Assembly: GCA_951406725.2 (NCBI GenBank)
Contig: OX597814.1
Span: forward strand, 39,184,001-39,248,000
DNA from: Octopus vulgaris
Lineage: Eukaryota
Length of the DNA stretch: 64,000 nt
Reading direction: 5' to 3'
Shown here: in pieces, positions 42,079-53,685 of the stretch
Layout: each line of letters opens with the position of its first letter
Position numbering within the stretch: the first letter of the stretch is position 1
Position numbers and translations under genes: made by a program
Notes under the pieces: generated by a model
Databases searched by the model: none
What the model was told of the DNA's origin: nothing
Seen by the model: the letters and a program-made list of their open reading frames with translations, nothing else

Positions 42079-42121
42079 TTCTTCTTCTTCTTCCTTATTC
42101 TTCTTCTTCTTCTTCTTCTTC
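42044..42121. repeat. (CTT)n
   Basis: Direct repeat. Confidence 0.9.
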
Positions 42122-42759
42122 TTTTCTCTTTTACCTCTTCTACAATAAAAAAAGCGCTTTGAACTAATACAAGACATAATTATGGCAATTGAATCGACCC
42201 AGTATATGAATTGTGTTTATTTTATAGTCGCTGTAATATCTTATAGCTTAGTCCATCCAGGCATGAATTGAATTCGGAACGTAAATGTCCGTTACTAATT
42301 ACCGCAAGGTATACTGTCAGACGATCTATGGAATCAGTACTTAAGTCGGGGTTCTATCGAGTCAATAATTAAGTTGGTGCTTTATTGATTCAGACATTAA
42401 GTAATATCTCAGCGTCCAGGAAGATTATTGAAAATTTGACCGATATTCCACTGGTTCTTCGAGAATAGAGCATTCACAGGAACTGGCTTCGTCAGGCTGA
42501 TTTGCTCTATGTATTATTCTGTGTAACGACTGAGTAGTCAGTGTTGTGCCTAGGATGCACAGTATTATAAAACTCATAATTTATTTACTTGGATGGAAGT
42601 TAAAATATTGAAATTAGACAAAGATTGCAAATCCTGCTACCTACTGCGCATAATTTTGTATTTGATACATGAATGGTGCATTGGATGGCAGGAAAATATG
42701 AAGGAATGCGAATGAAAAATAAAAAATCTTTCATCTATTTCCCTCGAGCATCATCATTC

Positions 42760-43110
42760 TATCTTTTAACTTATTTCAGTCATGTGGCCTTGGCCATACT
42801 GGGATACCGCCTTCAAGAATATTTACTCGAATAATTCGATCCTAGTATATATATTTTTTTCTTTTAAGCTTGTTACTTATTCTATCGACCTCTCTTGCTG
42901 AACTGCCAAGTTACAGGGATGCAAACACCAAAACTGGTTGTCAAGACACACATAAATACGTGTGTATGTGTGTGTATACGACGGGCTCATTTCAGTTTCT
43001 GTCAAACAAATTGCAAAGCTTTCATCAGCCTGAGGTTGCAATAGAATACAAGGTGCCACGCAAGGGAACTAAACCCAGAACCATGTTGTTAGGAAGCAAG
43101 CATCTTGGAG
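42760..43110 (-). mobile_element. degenerate SINE family A copy
   Basis: TTTCAGTCAT...TACTTATTCTATCGA...TATACGACGGGCT...AAGGTGCCACGCA...AACCATGT. Confidence 0.65.
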
Positions 43111-43264
43111 CACAGACATCCCTGATGAGTAAAATGGGTTCAAACAATATTTGATAATGCGAAGCGTTCTCAGGTCACTCCGATTTTTCTCTTTACTCAG
43201 AAGCCGCTGTTGTTAATCTTGTTTTGTAGTAGTACACATATATACGTATTGTTGAATTTCGGGA

Positions 43265-43326
43265 TTGATTGATTGATTGATTCCAGTTCCAGCCTATGAG
43301 CTGTGGCCATGCTGGGGCACCGCCAT
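43265..43326 (-). mobile_element. CR1-type 3' tail with (AATC)n end
   Basis: Minus strand GGCGGTGCCCCAGCATGGCCACAGCTCATAGGCTGGAACTGG-AATCAATCAATC. Confidence 0.6.
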
Positions 43327-44138
43327 TTATGGATGTTCATTTTTTTTTTTTTTTTGCAAAGAAACACACGCACTAGAATTTTTTATTCACTCGTTTATTA
43401 CTGATCTTATCTTATTATTCTAACTCATGCCCATGGTCGGGAAATCTTCCGTCACACATTTGTGACCTCTTCAACGACACTTTCCGTTTTCTCTATTCTC
43501 TTCTTCTAAGATGTGTATCCTCATGCGTTTGTGTCCTTGTTTATGTGCTTGTGTCCTTGTTTATCTGTTTGTGTGTATGTGTGAATGCTTGAGTGTGCGC
43601 ATTAGTTTTTAGCAGCAGTGTGCCCTTCCCTTCATCCCCATCCTCTCACTCGATTCTGCTGCTGCTGCCCTAAGAATCACCCCCAAAAGATTCCTCTGTG
43701 TACCTATGTTCGCCCACGGTTTTGTCATCGTGGTAGTTGTTGTTATTGCCATCGTTGTCATTGGCGCAGCTGCTACCGTTAATTGTGATGCTGATATTTT
43801 TATGACCATGACATTTCTTGTGTGTGTGTGTTTGTATGTGTTAGCTTCGTATGTTGTATGTATCCATGGCTTTATATGGTTTCATTTATTTATTTTACCT
43901 ATCTCTGTCTTATATTTATCCCAGGTATGTGAGAAATATATATATTCAATTATTTATCTATTTATTTATTTATCATGTTTTATACATCTATCTCAATTTC
44001 TTATAAGTCTGTTGTGTGGACATTACCCTGTATAGTTCTGACTATTATTTACGATAATTCCCTTTCTCTTCTCATTTTCTCATCCTTTCTGTATTTAGTC
44101 ATGTGGTGTGGCGTGTTGTGGTGGCGGGTGTTACTGTT

Positions 44139-44412
44139 CCATTCGTATTTTCTATTGAGGCTCAGTATGTCTACTGTTATGTGTGCCTAAGTGTCGTGTC
44201 AGTTCTACGTGTCGATAGTACGTTAACCTATCTGCTATCTCCATGTTCTGCGTAAACATGTTGTAAGAGCACTGACGAGATTTTCCCTTCTTTGAGCTCT
44301 CACCAATGTGCTTTATACGCTGCACTCTCTCCAATGTAGGTGGCTGTCATGTTTCTGCACCGTCCCTCAATAAATCGTAAGCTATACACTACATTCCTAA
44401 CCTTACAGTTAA
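44139..44412 (-). mobile_element. Penelope-like element GIY-YIG endonuclease fragment (pseudogenised)
   Basis: Minus strand NCKVRNVVYSLRFIEGRCRNMTATYIGES...HW*ELKEGKISSVLLQHVYAEHG...LNRKYEW: VVY...YIG motifs, paired His and a C-terminal LN.K.EW. Not reported as such in the ORF track because of stops. Confidence 0.7.
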
Positions 44413-45588
44413 CCTCTGGGTTCATCAATCATACAATACAACATTACTCTGTACTGTGGATACTTATCAAAGGGATAGATATTGCAGATCAGGTGTTTTA
44501 AAGAAGCACCAGGCATCTCAACGAGTTTCCAGAATCACTACGCGGAAAATGACATCGACCCAGGCTTTAAAAAATGTAATCCAGAGAGAATATATTCGTA
44601 CCAAAATTGTATATTGAGATTAATTTAATGGGACGGATACCATTTGTTTGACAAAAATTGTTTTTAAATAAATTTTGTTACGGATCGCACCCTGTAATAC
44701 CACATCATTTTCCCCACGCAAACTATTCTGAGAAACACTGCTCTAAGGCCTTCTTCTTGTCATGATAAGTTTACATCTGCAAACATCGCTAGAGAGTCAG
44801 ACGCATGCCAGCTAATTCCTGAGCTTTAAAACAATAACAAATACCTAATGATGCAAGCCTGATTAAGCATTTTAACTTTTTTCAGTTTTTTCTTATTATT
44901 TATTTATTTATTAGCAAATAAAGTAGCGAGTTAGAAAACCCCTACAAGATATATACTAGGAAGTAATATTTATCGCCACTTCAACATGGCTATTCCATAA
45001 GAACCGACGTTACTACCGTTTATAACCCCAGGAGGACGCCCCCTCCAGCTGGTTATCGATGCAATCTGCAACCGATATATATTGCAGCAGGGTAGGAAAA
45101 CCCCACAAATTCCCAGTGACGATAGGGTCACCAGACCGTCCGGTTTCCAGTTATTTGTGCTCATGATCGGTGGTGAACACACGTTCGCTAGATATAGCAG
45201 CAGTTCCTTCCAACGGATATATTATCCTTGCAGTTACAGTGTTCTCCCATAATTCGGTTTCAGATCAGTCTTATTGTAAAAACTAGAGTTCAGTTGCAGG
45301 CTCAGGTGACTTTTCCCGCTGGCTAAATACTATTATCCTGTTCAGGACTGCATAATTTCCGTAGAGTAATAATATTAATAATATTAATAATATTAATTAA
45401 TAATGATAAGGTGAACGAATATTTTTCTTCTTTCATCCTTAATTACCTTTAAAAGATATTTATAACATCCGTAAAGATGATGTAAATAGCTGTTAGATAA
45501 AAGAAAATCATGGATGCCATACACACATACATACATGCATACATACATACATTACATACATACATATATAGACACATACACGCACATA

Positions 45589-45626
<38 letters not shown>

Positions 45627-45706
45627 GGTCCCGGGTTGATTCGGGGTTAACCACAGTAAATAAGGTACTCAATACATAGCAGAGTAAAATTAATTTATTA
45701 TATAGA

Positions 45707-45763
45707 AGGAGCTTCTACAGGACTAGAACTGTTTCATTCAAGAGAAATCTTCAGGAAGCTCCT
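45707..45763 (-). ncRNA. type I hammerhead ribozyme motif (mirror copy)
   Basis: Exact reverse complement of 45773-45829; predicted cleavage 3' of 45716 on the minus strand. Confidence 0.65.
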
Positions 45764-45772
45764 GAAGATTTC

Positions 45773-45829
45773 AGGAGCTTCCTGAAGATTTCTCTTGAAT
45801 GAAACAGTTCTAGTCCTGTAGAAGCTCCT
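45773..45829 (+). ncRNA. type I hammerhead ribozyme motif
   Basis: Stem I AGGAGCTTC/GAAGCTCCT; core CTGAAGA (45782-88); stem II T-TTC-tctt-GAA-T; GAAA (45801-04); stem III CAG-ttctagtc-CTG; cleavage triplet GTA ending at 45820. Confidence 0.65.
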
Positions 45830-45841
45830 TCTATATAATAA

Positions 45842-45876
<35 letters not shown>

Positions 45877-45967
45877 AATTAAAAATGTGGCTTATTAGCA
45901 ATTAGAACCTGAAAGCAATATTATGTACAAATTGACTTGCCTAACTTGCTTCTCACTTATATATATA

Positions 45968-46036
<69 letters not shown>

Positions 46037-46041
46037 ATATG

Positions 46042-46085
<44 letters not shown>

Positions 46086-46137
46086 TATGTATATGTGTGT
46101 GTGTGTATCTTTGTATATTTATGTGTGTGTATATATG

Positions 46138-46189
<52 letters not shown>

Positions 46190-46771
46190 GGTGTGCCTAT
46201 ACATAAAAGCATATGTATAGATATATATGTCTGTTTGTTTACTTTTTACTATATCTCTCAAGGAGTGTGAAGATGATATGAATTTGTAACTGTACTCTGT
46301 GTACGCCGTCACCGATGGAGTGTGTTTCCCCGAGTTATTGTACATTTGAGCCTTAGCGTGCATTATATGTATGAACATTATCATACTGACTGTTAACAAG
46401 CCTTCCAGTTAATCGTCTTGTTTGCAATACAGCTGCTTTGAAGGGAATGTTCTAGGTGAAGCAACGTTTTAACTTTATGAACTAAACACTGAAGGTACAA
46501 AGGGATATCAAATTGCAGATTCATCGCTAATCTAATTCACACGGCAAAATATATGTTTACGCACAGTTTTATACATTTCTTTGGTTTTTGTTTGTATTTC
46601 GTTAATAACGCTATACTAGGAATAAATTAATGGTATGTGTGAATGTACATATGTGTATGTATGTTCGGTGTAATCTATGTGTGATTTTATTATGCATTCA
46701 CAGACATATATAATTTTTTTTATAAACACACATACGTGGTTTCACACAAAGATACACACGTACATACATAC

Positions 46772-46802
<31 letters not shown>

Positions 46803-47326
46803 ACATATGTATGTGCATATAAATAGGCGTGTGTATGCATATATGAATAAAATATCTACACACACAAACACGGACACACACACACAGAAAGTACATTCAG
46901 TGAATACACACGCGCGCGTGTACATACACATTCATAAATACATACATACAGTCGAATATGTGTTTGTGTCTCTGTGTGCGCGCGGGCGTAAAACATATAT
47001 TCACACATATAAAATTACAAATGAAATATTGAAATATTAAACGAAACCGAATGAGATCAAGAAAAAAAATCTAATGAAAACTGGCAACAACAAAGAAATT
47101 GAAACAGAAATTAAAAACCTAAAATGATCGATATGAAGGAATAGCAAATATTTGAGGCTAAATTATTATTAATAGCGCAAAGAACTAAAGACAAGGCAAT
47201 TTAATAAGCGACACGGTTATTTTATACGTATTTATTTCATTTTTAGACTCATTTTAATACAGTTTGTATATTATTTGAACAGCGAACAAATATTGATCGT
47301 GTTTTTTTTCTTTTTTCTGTTTACAG

Positions 47327-47386
47327 GTCTGTCCCCTACGGAAAAATTCAACATAACCATAACATAACTTGGAGCGGATATTGAAG
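47327..47386 (+). other. candidate 60-nt internal exon, non-coding (stop in all three frames)
   Basis: Acceptor TTTTTTTTCTTTTTTCTGTTTACAG| and donor GAAG|GTAAGA flank a non-repetitive 60-mer. Confidence 0.45.
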
Positions 47387-48024
47387 GTAAGATATTATGA
47401 TCTTTGTCTACTTTTATTTCTTTCGTTAATACAATGTTTGGAACTTCTTAATGAACATGATTTTATGCTTTATTTCGACATTGTTTTCCAGCAGTGTATG
47501 GTACATTCCTGCATAAAACGGTGTATCGATACATGCACGCACACATACACATGCGTACAAGGTGTTCGGGATAAATTTGACAGTTTCCATAAAAGGAAAA
47601 TAAAACATATTTCATCCAAAAATAGCAGTATTTTAAGATATTAAACAATATCAACTATGAATTTTAAATAAAATGAGTGAATTAAACGTATAAGTAGACA
47701 TGTCACGTATAAAATTACCTAAACAAGGGACGTAACTTTTTTACGCCATCTGTAACTTTGAGTAGCAGGTTTCTATTTTTATGGGAGAAAGTGTTTCAGT
47801 TCCCAGAAAATATCTCCCAACATTTTTGGTGAAGTGATTATCACTGTTATTTGTTTTAGTGTCGAAATTACTATATGCATACCTTATGCAGGAATATTAT
47901 TTTTCTATTATTTTTCTTCTTGAAGTCATGACCATTTTGAAATTAATCTTTGTCTTTCAAGATTTTTCACCTCTTCTTATTAGTCATCTAGTTTGAAACC
48001 AAAGCAGTCATATACGTTAGCTAA

Positions 48025-49355
48025 CACGAGCGTCGGCTAAATGGTTCATAAACTGACCAAGATGCTCTCATGAAATGTGACCAAATGAGCTGTATTTCTC
48101 AACATTGATCCCCTTGAGGTCCATACAATTTTTATTGGTATTAGAGTTCTTGAATCCCATTAGTAAAGAAGCCTTCATCCTCTTGGTCAAAAAAGTTATG
48201 AACAGAGGATATGACATCATCATGAATGCGATATTCGTTAAATGCCAAGTGTTTTTTTCATGTTGGAGAAAAGATGACTGATAGGGGCTAATCAGGAGAA
48301 TAGGGATGTTGGTCAACAAGTAAAAAGACACAATCACGCACAAGAAAACCTGTGTGCTAGAGCATTTTGCTCGTGGAACAAAATACCTTTAGTCCGTTTT
48401 CCTGGGCGTTGGATATAGATAGCGTTTGTAACTGCCTCAGGAATTTGGCATATTGCATTCCATTAATGGAGTGTAGCACTTTTGAATATAGCCAACTAAA
48501 CACAATGTCTTTTGCACCCGCAGAAGTTGAGGTCATCACCTTCCGTGCAGATGAAATCACCCCTGTCTTCTTTGGAACAAGTGAGGATGTGGGTTTCCAA
48601 TGCACGGATTATCTTTTTGCCTCTACCTGAAAGTGATGAAGACAATAAAATTCTTGGGTTAGTAAAGGTACAAGGAATACAGCTGCATCTGCCTCAAACA
48701 ATATCAGATTAATTCTCCTGAGATGTGATCAGCCTGCTACGTTTTTGACCAGGTGTCAGAGGACGAGGAACCCACCCAGCAGAAGCCTTCCTCATGCTAA
48801 GTTCATTATGCATAACGTTCTCATCTTTCTCACGGAATATGCTAATGGGATTGGTTATTTGACCAATTGTCTGTCACCGATCATCTTTTAGTGAGCAGGG
48901 TCAATATTTTCCTCTGTGATTGCAGCTGCATGATATCAAGATTTTGGGTCACGTGAAGACTCTCTCTTCCCCTCCTAAATTCAGCTGCCCAGTTTTGCTC
49001 TGTTCATAAAGCTGCAGTGTTATCCCATAATGTAGCAGCCAAATCAAGAGGAATACCTTTGGGGACTAAATATTTTTTTTCTGCAGGCACTTGCTAACTC
49101 CACGATGATAACGTTTGCCAATTTTCAATTGTGTCACCACTAGTTTCTTTTGAAGTCTTCTTTGACCTGCCATATATCGGTTTACACGGACCAAAATGCA
49201 ATTATTAAGGAGTGTTGAAATTAATGATTGCAGTTATGGAGCATAGTTGAAATTACTGCATACTGTTATTAATAAGAAGAGCTGAAATCAATGCATGCAA
49301 GATTTCATAACACTTGTTCATATTCACCCTATGAATTTTTCCGCTTACGCTTGTA
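48025..49355 (-). mobile_element. full-length decayed mariner DNA transposon (~1.33 kb), transposase pseudogene ~48070-49125
   Basis: Minus-strand peptides HNELSMRKASAGWVPRPLTPGQK (WVPHEL-type motif), WKPTSSLVPKK...SARKVM...INGMQYAKFLRQL, HPYSPD; degenerate TIRs CACGAGCGTCGGCTAAATGGTTCATA (48025) and CTATGAATTTTTCCGCTTACGCTTGTA (to 49355). Confidence 0.85.
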
Positions 49356-52300
49356 TTGTTCCAAACAGTTCAACATTATCTTATGAACTCTTTCGCTATT
49401 ATCGTCATGAACCACCTGATGGTACTGGTGCACAGTTACTACATATTGATTTTAATATTGTGCATTAGTTAAATATATTGGTTGCATAAATATATTTGAA
49501 TTTAATTCTTAAGAGTATATTTTATCCATGAGCAATATACTATAGCTTTATTTTGTTTAGCGATGGGTATACCGGAGCCATTCCATCTTTTATTATTGAG
49601 GAGTTTACCTCTGACAGTCTTCCGTATGTGTCATTTTTGAGACATCCCAGTAAAATTTCAAGCAGCTTTCTATACAAGTTAGAGTCAGGACTTCTTTTTA
49701 GAAACCTAGAGAGACGTGTACAGAAGATTTGGAATCACGCCTATCAACAGATTTTCCAATTGCTTAATAAAACTATTATATCATAGCTACTTATAAACAT
49801 TTCTCTTGCTGTGTATATATTTCCGAATGGAAAGATATGAAGAGAAAGAAATGTTGTATGTTAGTTTGCTGTATTGACACTAAATACCTTATATTTCAAC
49901 GAAGGATTTTCCTCAGAGAATTTCATGTCATCTTCCATTTACCTTTCACTTTACTACTTCATGTTGACACAATCCACCAATGGGATTCTCTAATTATTTT
50001 GCTTGTGTTTGATTGTAACAGATTTACCATGTCGCAACTCATCACTCGCTATACCACACTATCTGAACAATATTAAATACATGTATTCTAATCAACTTTC
50101 ATGACCGGATAGATTTGTGTATTTTAAGAAATGACCTTCGCTCAGTGCACTGATTTAATCTCATTAATCATCAGCTACAAATACAAACATTACGATACTA
50201 TAACATTAGCATTCATCTATTAATATTTCCTATGACATACTAAAACGAAGAACAGTACAGGTAAAATTTCTTATGTAACACGAGAATGTTTATTGAGAGA
50301 GAGGAACATCCCAAGCTCATTAGCTACTCTTATGAGGCAGTCAGTTAATTTGCCGAAATATCGTCGGAGTAAAGAAATGGTCAGAATAGTTGCAACTTAC
50401 TGGATCCCTCAAATTGCGCTCAAGGATCAGCTTACTATATTATTTATATCAGAGTGTTTTGGAAAGAGTGGGTTGTCCAATATATTAAAATTTAAAATGA
50501 CAACTTCTTTGAAAATTTCTTAATCCATGTTTTCATTCGAAATGTCCTTCAATCTTTACTCGGCCAACCTATAATATTTCCATCACCGTATCATAAGATA
50601 AGATAACAGCACTGAAGTCGATGCTATTGGAAACTCCACATTAATAACAAAAATCTTAATTTCTTCTTAGTTGATAGAAATCAATACATTTAATCTCGTT
50701 ACCAGAATCACCACAATAATCTACATAATCTCTATCATCAAGGTCGTGTACACTCAATACATTCACTAGCCTTAATCTTGTCTTAAATCCAGGAGCATTA
50801 ATCTGGACACGCAAATGTAAAGGTCAAAATGCGAAAGATAGAACATAAAATGGCGAGTGGCTTATCTGAGAGCTTGGAATCTTGATCCATATTCAATCCG
50901 AATGAACAAAAACAACGCCACCATCATATGAATTATTTTTATCATCATCATAACCAAATATCGCATAACATCATTCCTTATTATAAATATCATATTATTC
51001 CATATTATAATTATCATAGCAAAGACAACTACTATGTTCAATAACATTGTAATCATAACAATTATCATCATCTTGAGCATCCACATTATATCCATTAAAT
51101 GAAAAATCAAATCGTACGTTTGTATTTCTTGTTTATTTAATAATGAACGTGTGCTTATTATACTTATTCGTTAAAACAATATACCGAAAATATTTAAATA
51201 TCACTATATTTTCACCGCAACGAAATTGAATAGAGTTACTATGAATTATAATATCGGTTTTTTTTCTAATGTTGAATATCAGTTTCTGTATGTTATTTAG
51301 AATTAATTTTCAATGTTACCCAAATTACATTAATGATAAAAAAACAGAAAGGTCATGTTGAATACCATGCACAAATATATACATTAACCATACATCCATA
51401 TACATCCTTGTATATGTATGCGTGTGTGTATGTGCAGGAGTGTGTGAGCATATATACATAAACGTATGTACATATATATGTACATATACATATGTATATG
51501 TATATTTGAATGTATGCAGCCACTTATATATTAAAGAGGGGCACGGCAAAGTGGGACACACTACGAAATTTGGTCTCAGGAATGTTTCCATTCTGCTACA
51601 AATGCCAGTGTAGTTCCAACCCGGTGTATTTCGACATGGGAAACAACAACCACAACAAATAACAACAAACAACAACAACAACAACAATAACAACAACAAC
51701 AACAAATAACAACAAACAACAACAACAATAATAATAACGAGTACACAGAGAGCTCAAACCTCGGCCAACGAAACACCAACGTCATCTCAACGATTGACCG
51801 GAGATGATTTTTAAGATGAGAATATCTGAAATAAAATAGACTGCTCTCACAAACTAGAATACTAAAAATGAACCCGATAGCTCTCAAACGGAAAAAAAAA
51901 TACACCATATAACTTGTCTGGTACTTGATCGATCCCAATGAGAGTCATGGAATGTGAATGTTGGTGAGCAGGCCACTTTGTAATGCTGTGTGCGTGTATG
52001 TGTCGTCTAGGTAGTAAAGATGACTCATCTCAAAGCAACTCTAGAAAATTTCGTAACAGTAATATCGATATCTAATACAAGCCGAAGAGAACAAATTCAT
52101 CATTCAAAATAGTTTCAAAGCATTAGAAAGAATAATAATATGTTCTACTCATGAATTTTTAAATGAATATCATGAGAACTTTTCGATTTCTCTTCTCTTC
52201 AATACCTGTCTTCCTTTAGTAATCCTGTTGTTTTAGATCGATGTATAGAATTATGGATGTATGTAAGTATACTGTAAAGTGTTAAAATGTATGTATAATC

Positions 52301-52569
52301 TCCTAATATAATAATCAGCGTTGTCTTTTAATATATATTTGTGTGGGGGTGCGTGTATCAAATAGAGCCGGAGTGAGAGGTAAAGGTAGAGGAGATAAAT
52401 GGCAATGAGAGCGTCGTATGAATGAGAAAGGAAGGTGTGATAGATGAATAATGAAGGCCGAGAAAAAGCATTTGAAGTGTGACTATATGTGTGTATGCGT
52501 GTGCGTGTACAAGAGAACTATGTGAAACTTTACATATACATGTAAAGTAAAGAAAATATAACAAAATAA

Positions 52570-52770
52570 TCTAGAATCCATGTCCGGTACCGGATCGATC
52601 CCAAAATCTAATCCGTTCGTGCCAGTCAAGAAGCAAAACATCCCTGAAAGTTTCATCCGAATTTATTGAGCGGTTCTTCAGACATCTTGTCCACGGACAA
52701 AAAAAATAATCAAACAAATAGGATTGAATCCAATACCTTTGCCTTAACGAAAGTTTTAGCGTAGGTAATA
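52570..52770 (+). mobile_element. possible non-autonomous Helentron/HINE-like 3' end
   Basis: GATCCCAAAATCTAAT...CCCTGAAAGTTTCATCCGAATT...CAAACAAA...ATACCTTTGCC-loop-GCGTAGGTAAT terminal hairpin-like motif, as in DINE-1/HINE-type ends. Confidence 0.4.
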
Positions 52771-52960
52771 AAATGTAGTGCAATACCTGGGAATGCACGA
52801 ATAAATGACAAAGAACTAGAAAAGATGGAAATGTACAGACTACTAAAAGAGGATATTGCAAGAATATGGACTATGGGGAAAGTGTCTGTCATACCAGTTG
52901 TAGGGGCACTCGTAGCACTAATAACTGAGGTCGAAATATATGCCAGAGAAATCAGAATTG
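52771..52960 (+). mobile_element. R4/Dong-like non-LTR element, restriction-like endonuclease fragment
   Basis: AIPGNARINDKELEKMEMYRLLKEDIARIWTMGKVSVIPVVGAL (cf. AVP.D.N...KE.EK..KY..L..EI...W....IPVVIGALG). Confidence 0.7.
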
Positions 52961-52964
52961 ACAT

Positions 52965-53181
52965 ACTCTTTTACTCTTTTACTTGTTTCAGTCATTTGAC
53001 TGCGGCCATGCTGGAGCACCGCCTTTAATCGAGCAACTCCACCCCGGGACTTATTCTTTGTAAGCCCAGTACTTATTCTATCGGTCTCTTTTGCAGAACC
53101 GCTAAGTGACGGGGACATAGACACACCTGCATCGGTTGTCAAGCGATGTTGGATGGGACAAATACAGACACCCAAATATAT

Positions 53182-53212
<31 letters not shown>

Positions 53213-53361
53213 CATATATACGACGGGCTTCTTTCAGTTTCCGTCTACCAAATCCACTCACAAGGTTTTGGTCGACCCGAGGCTATAGTAGAAGACACGT
53301 GCCCAAGGTGCCACGCAGTGGGACTGAACCCGGAACCATGTGGTTGGTAAACAAGCTACTT
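52965..53361 (-). mobile_element. SINE family A, 3' part (interrupted copy)
   Basis: Colinear with 57898-58276, stops at ...TGGTAAACAAGCTACTT; the missing head resumes at 55439. Confidence 0.9.
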
Positions 53362-53535
53362 TATTTCAAAACATTTCCCATAAAGGCAGTACACAGATTA
53401 AGTTAGCTTTGCGGGCTGGACGAGGACATTAATGAAGTGAATGATAATGAAAGACAGATGATAAGGATGGGAGAAGACAAAAAGCGCCCGCCGACTTTCG
53501 CTTCTCTAAAACATTGTTCTTTTTAAAGATAAACA

Positions 53536-53670
53536 CAAAACGAGGTATTAAACCTCTTACAATTTTCCCAATTTTTGGACTTAGCAGTACATTATTAATA
53601 AAAATGCAAAACGAGGTATTAAACCTCTTTCAATTTTCCAATTTTTGGACTTAGCAGTCCATTATTAATA
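53536..53670. repeat. 65-bp direct repeat x2 in the element's 3' UTR
   Basis: CAAAACGAGGTATTAAACCTCTT.CAATTTTCC.AATTTTTGGACTTAGCAGT.CATTATTAATA at 53536-53600 and 53607-53670. Confidence 0.9.
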
Positions 53671-53685
53671 CTAACAGTTCAATAA

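Larger units (their letters stand above)
45625..45843. mobile_element. Penelope-like terminal repeat pair in inverted orientation (perfect palindrome 45693-45843) inside (TA)n
   Basis: 74-bp arms 45693-45766 and 45770-45843 with a 3-nt spacer GAT; the minus-strand copy extends further to ~45625. Confidence 0.75.

Noticed and set aside
47556-47800. TACAAGGTGTTCGGGATAAA as a Tc1/mariner TIR (and CACCCTGTA at ~44688)
   Set aside because: No matching partner TIR or transposase found; left unannotated.
53560-53660. CTGCTAA-GTCC...GAAA in the 3' UTR repeats as a hammerhead
   Set aside because: The core differs from CUGANGA at conserved positions and stems I and III do not form.
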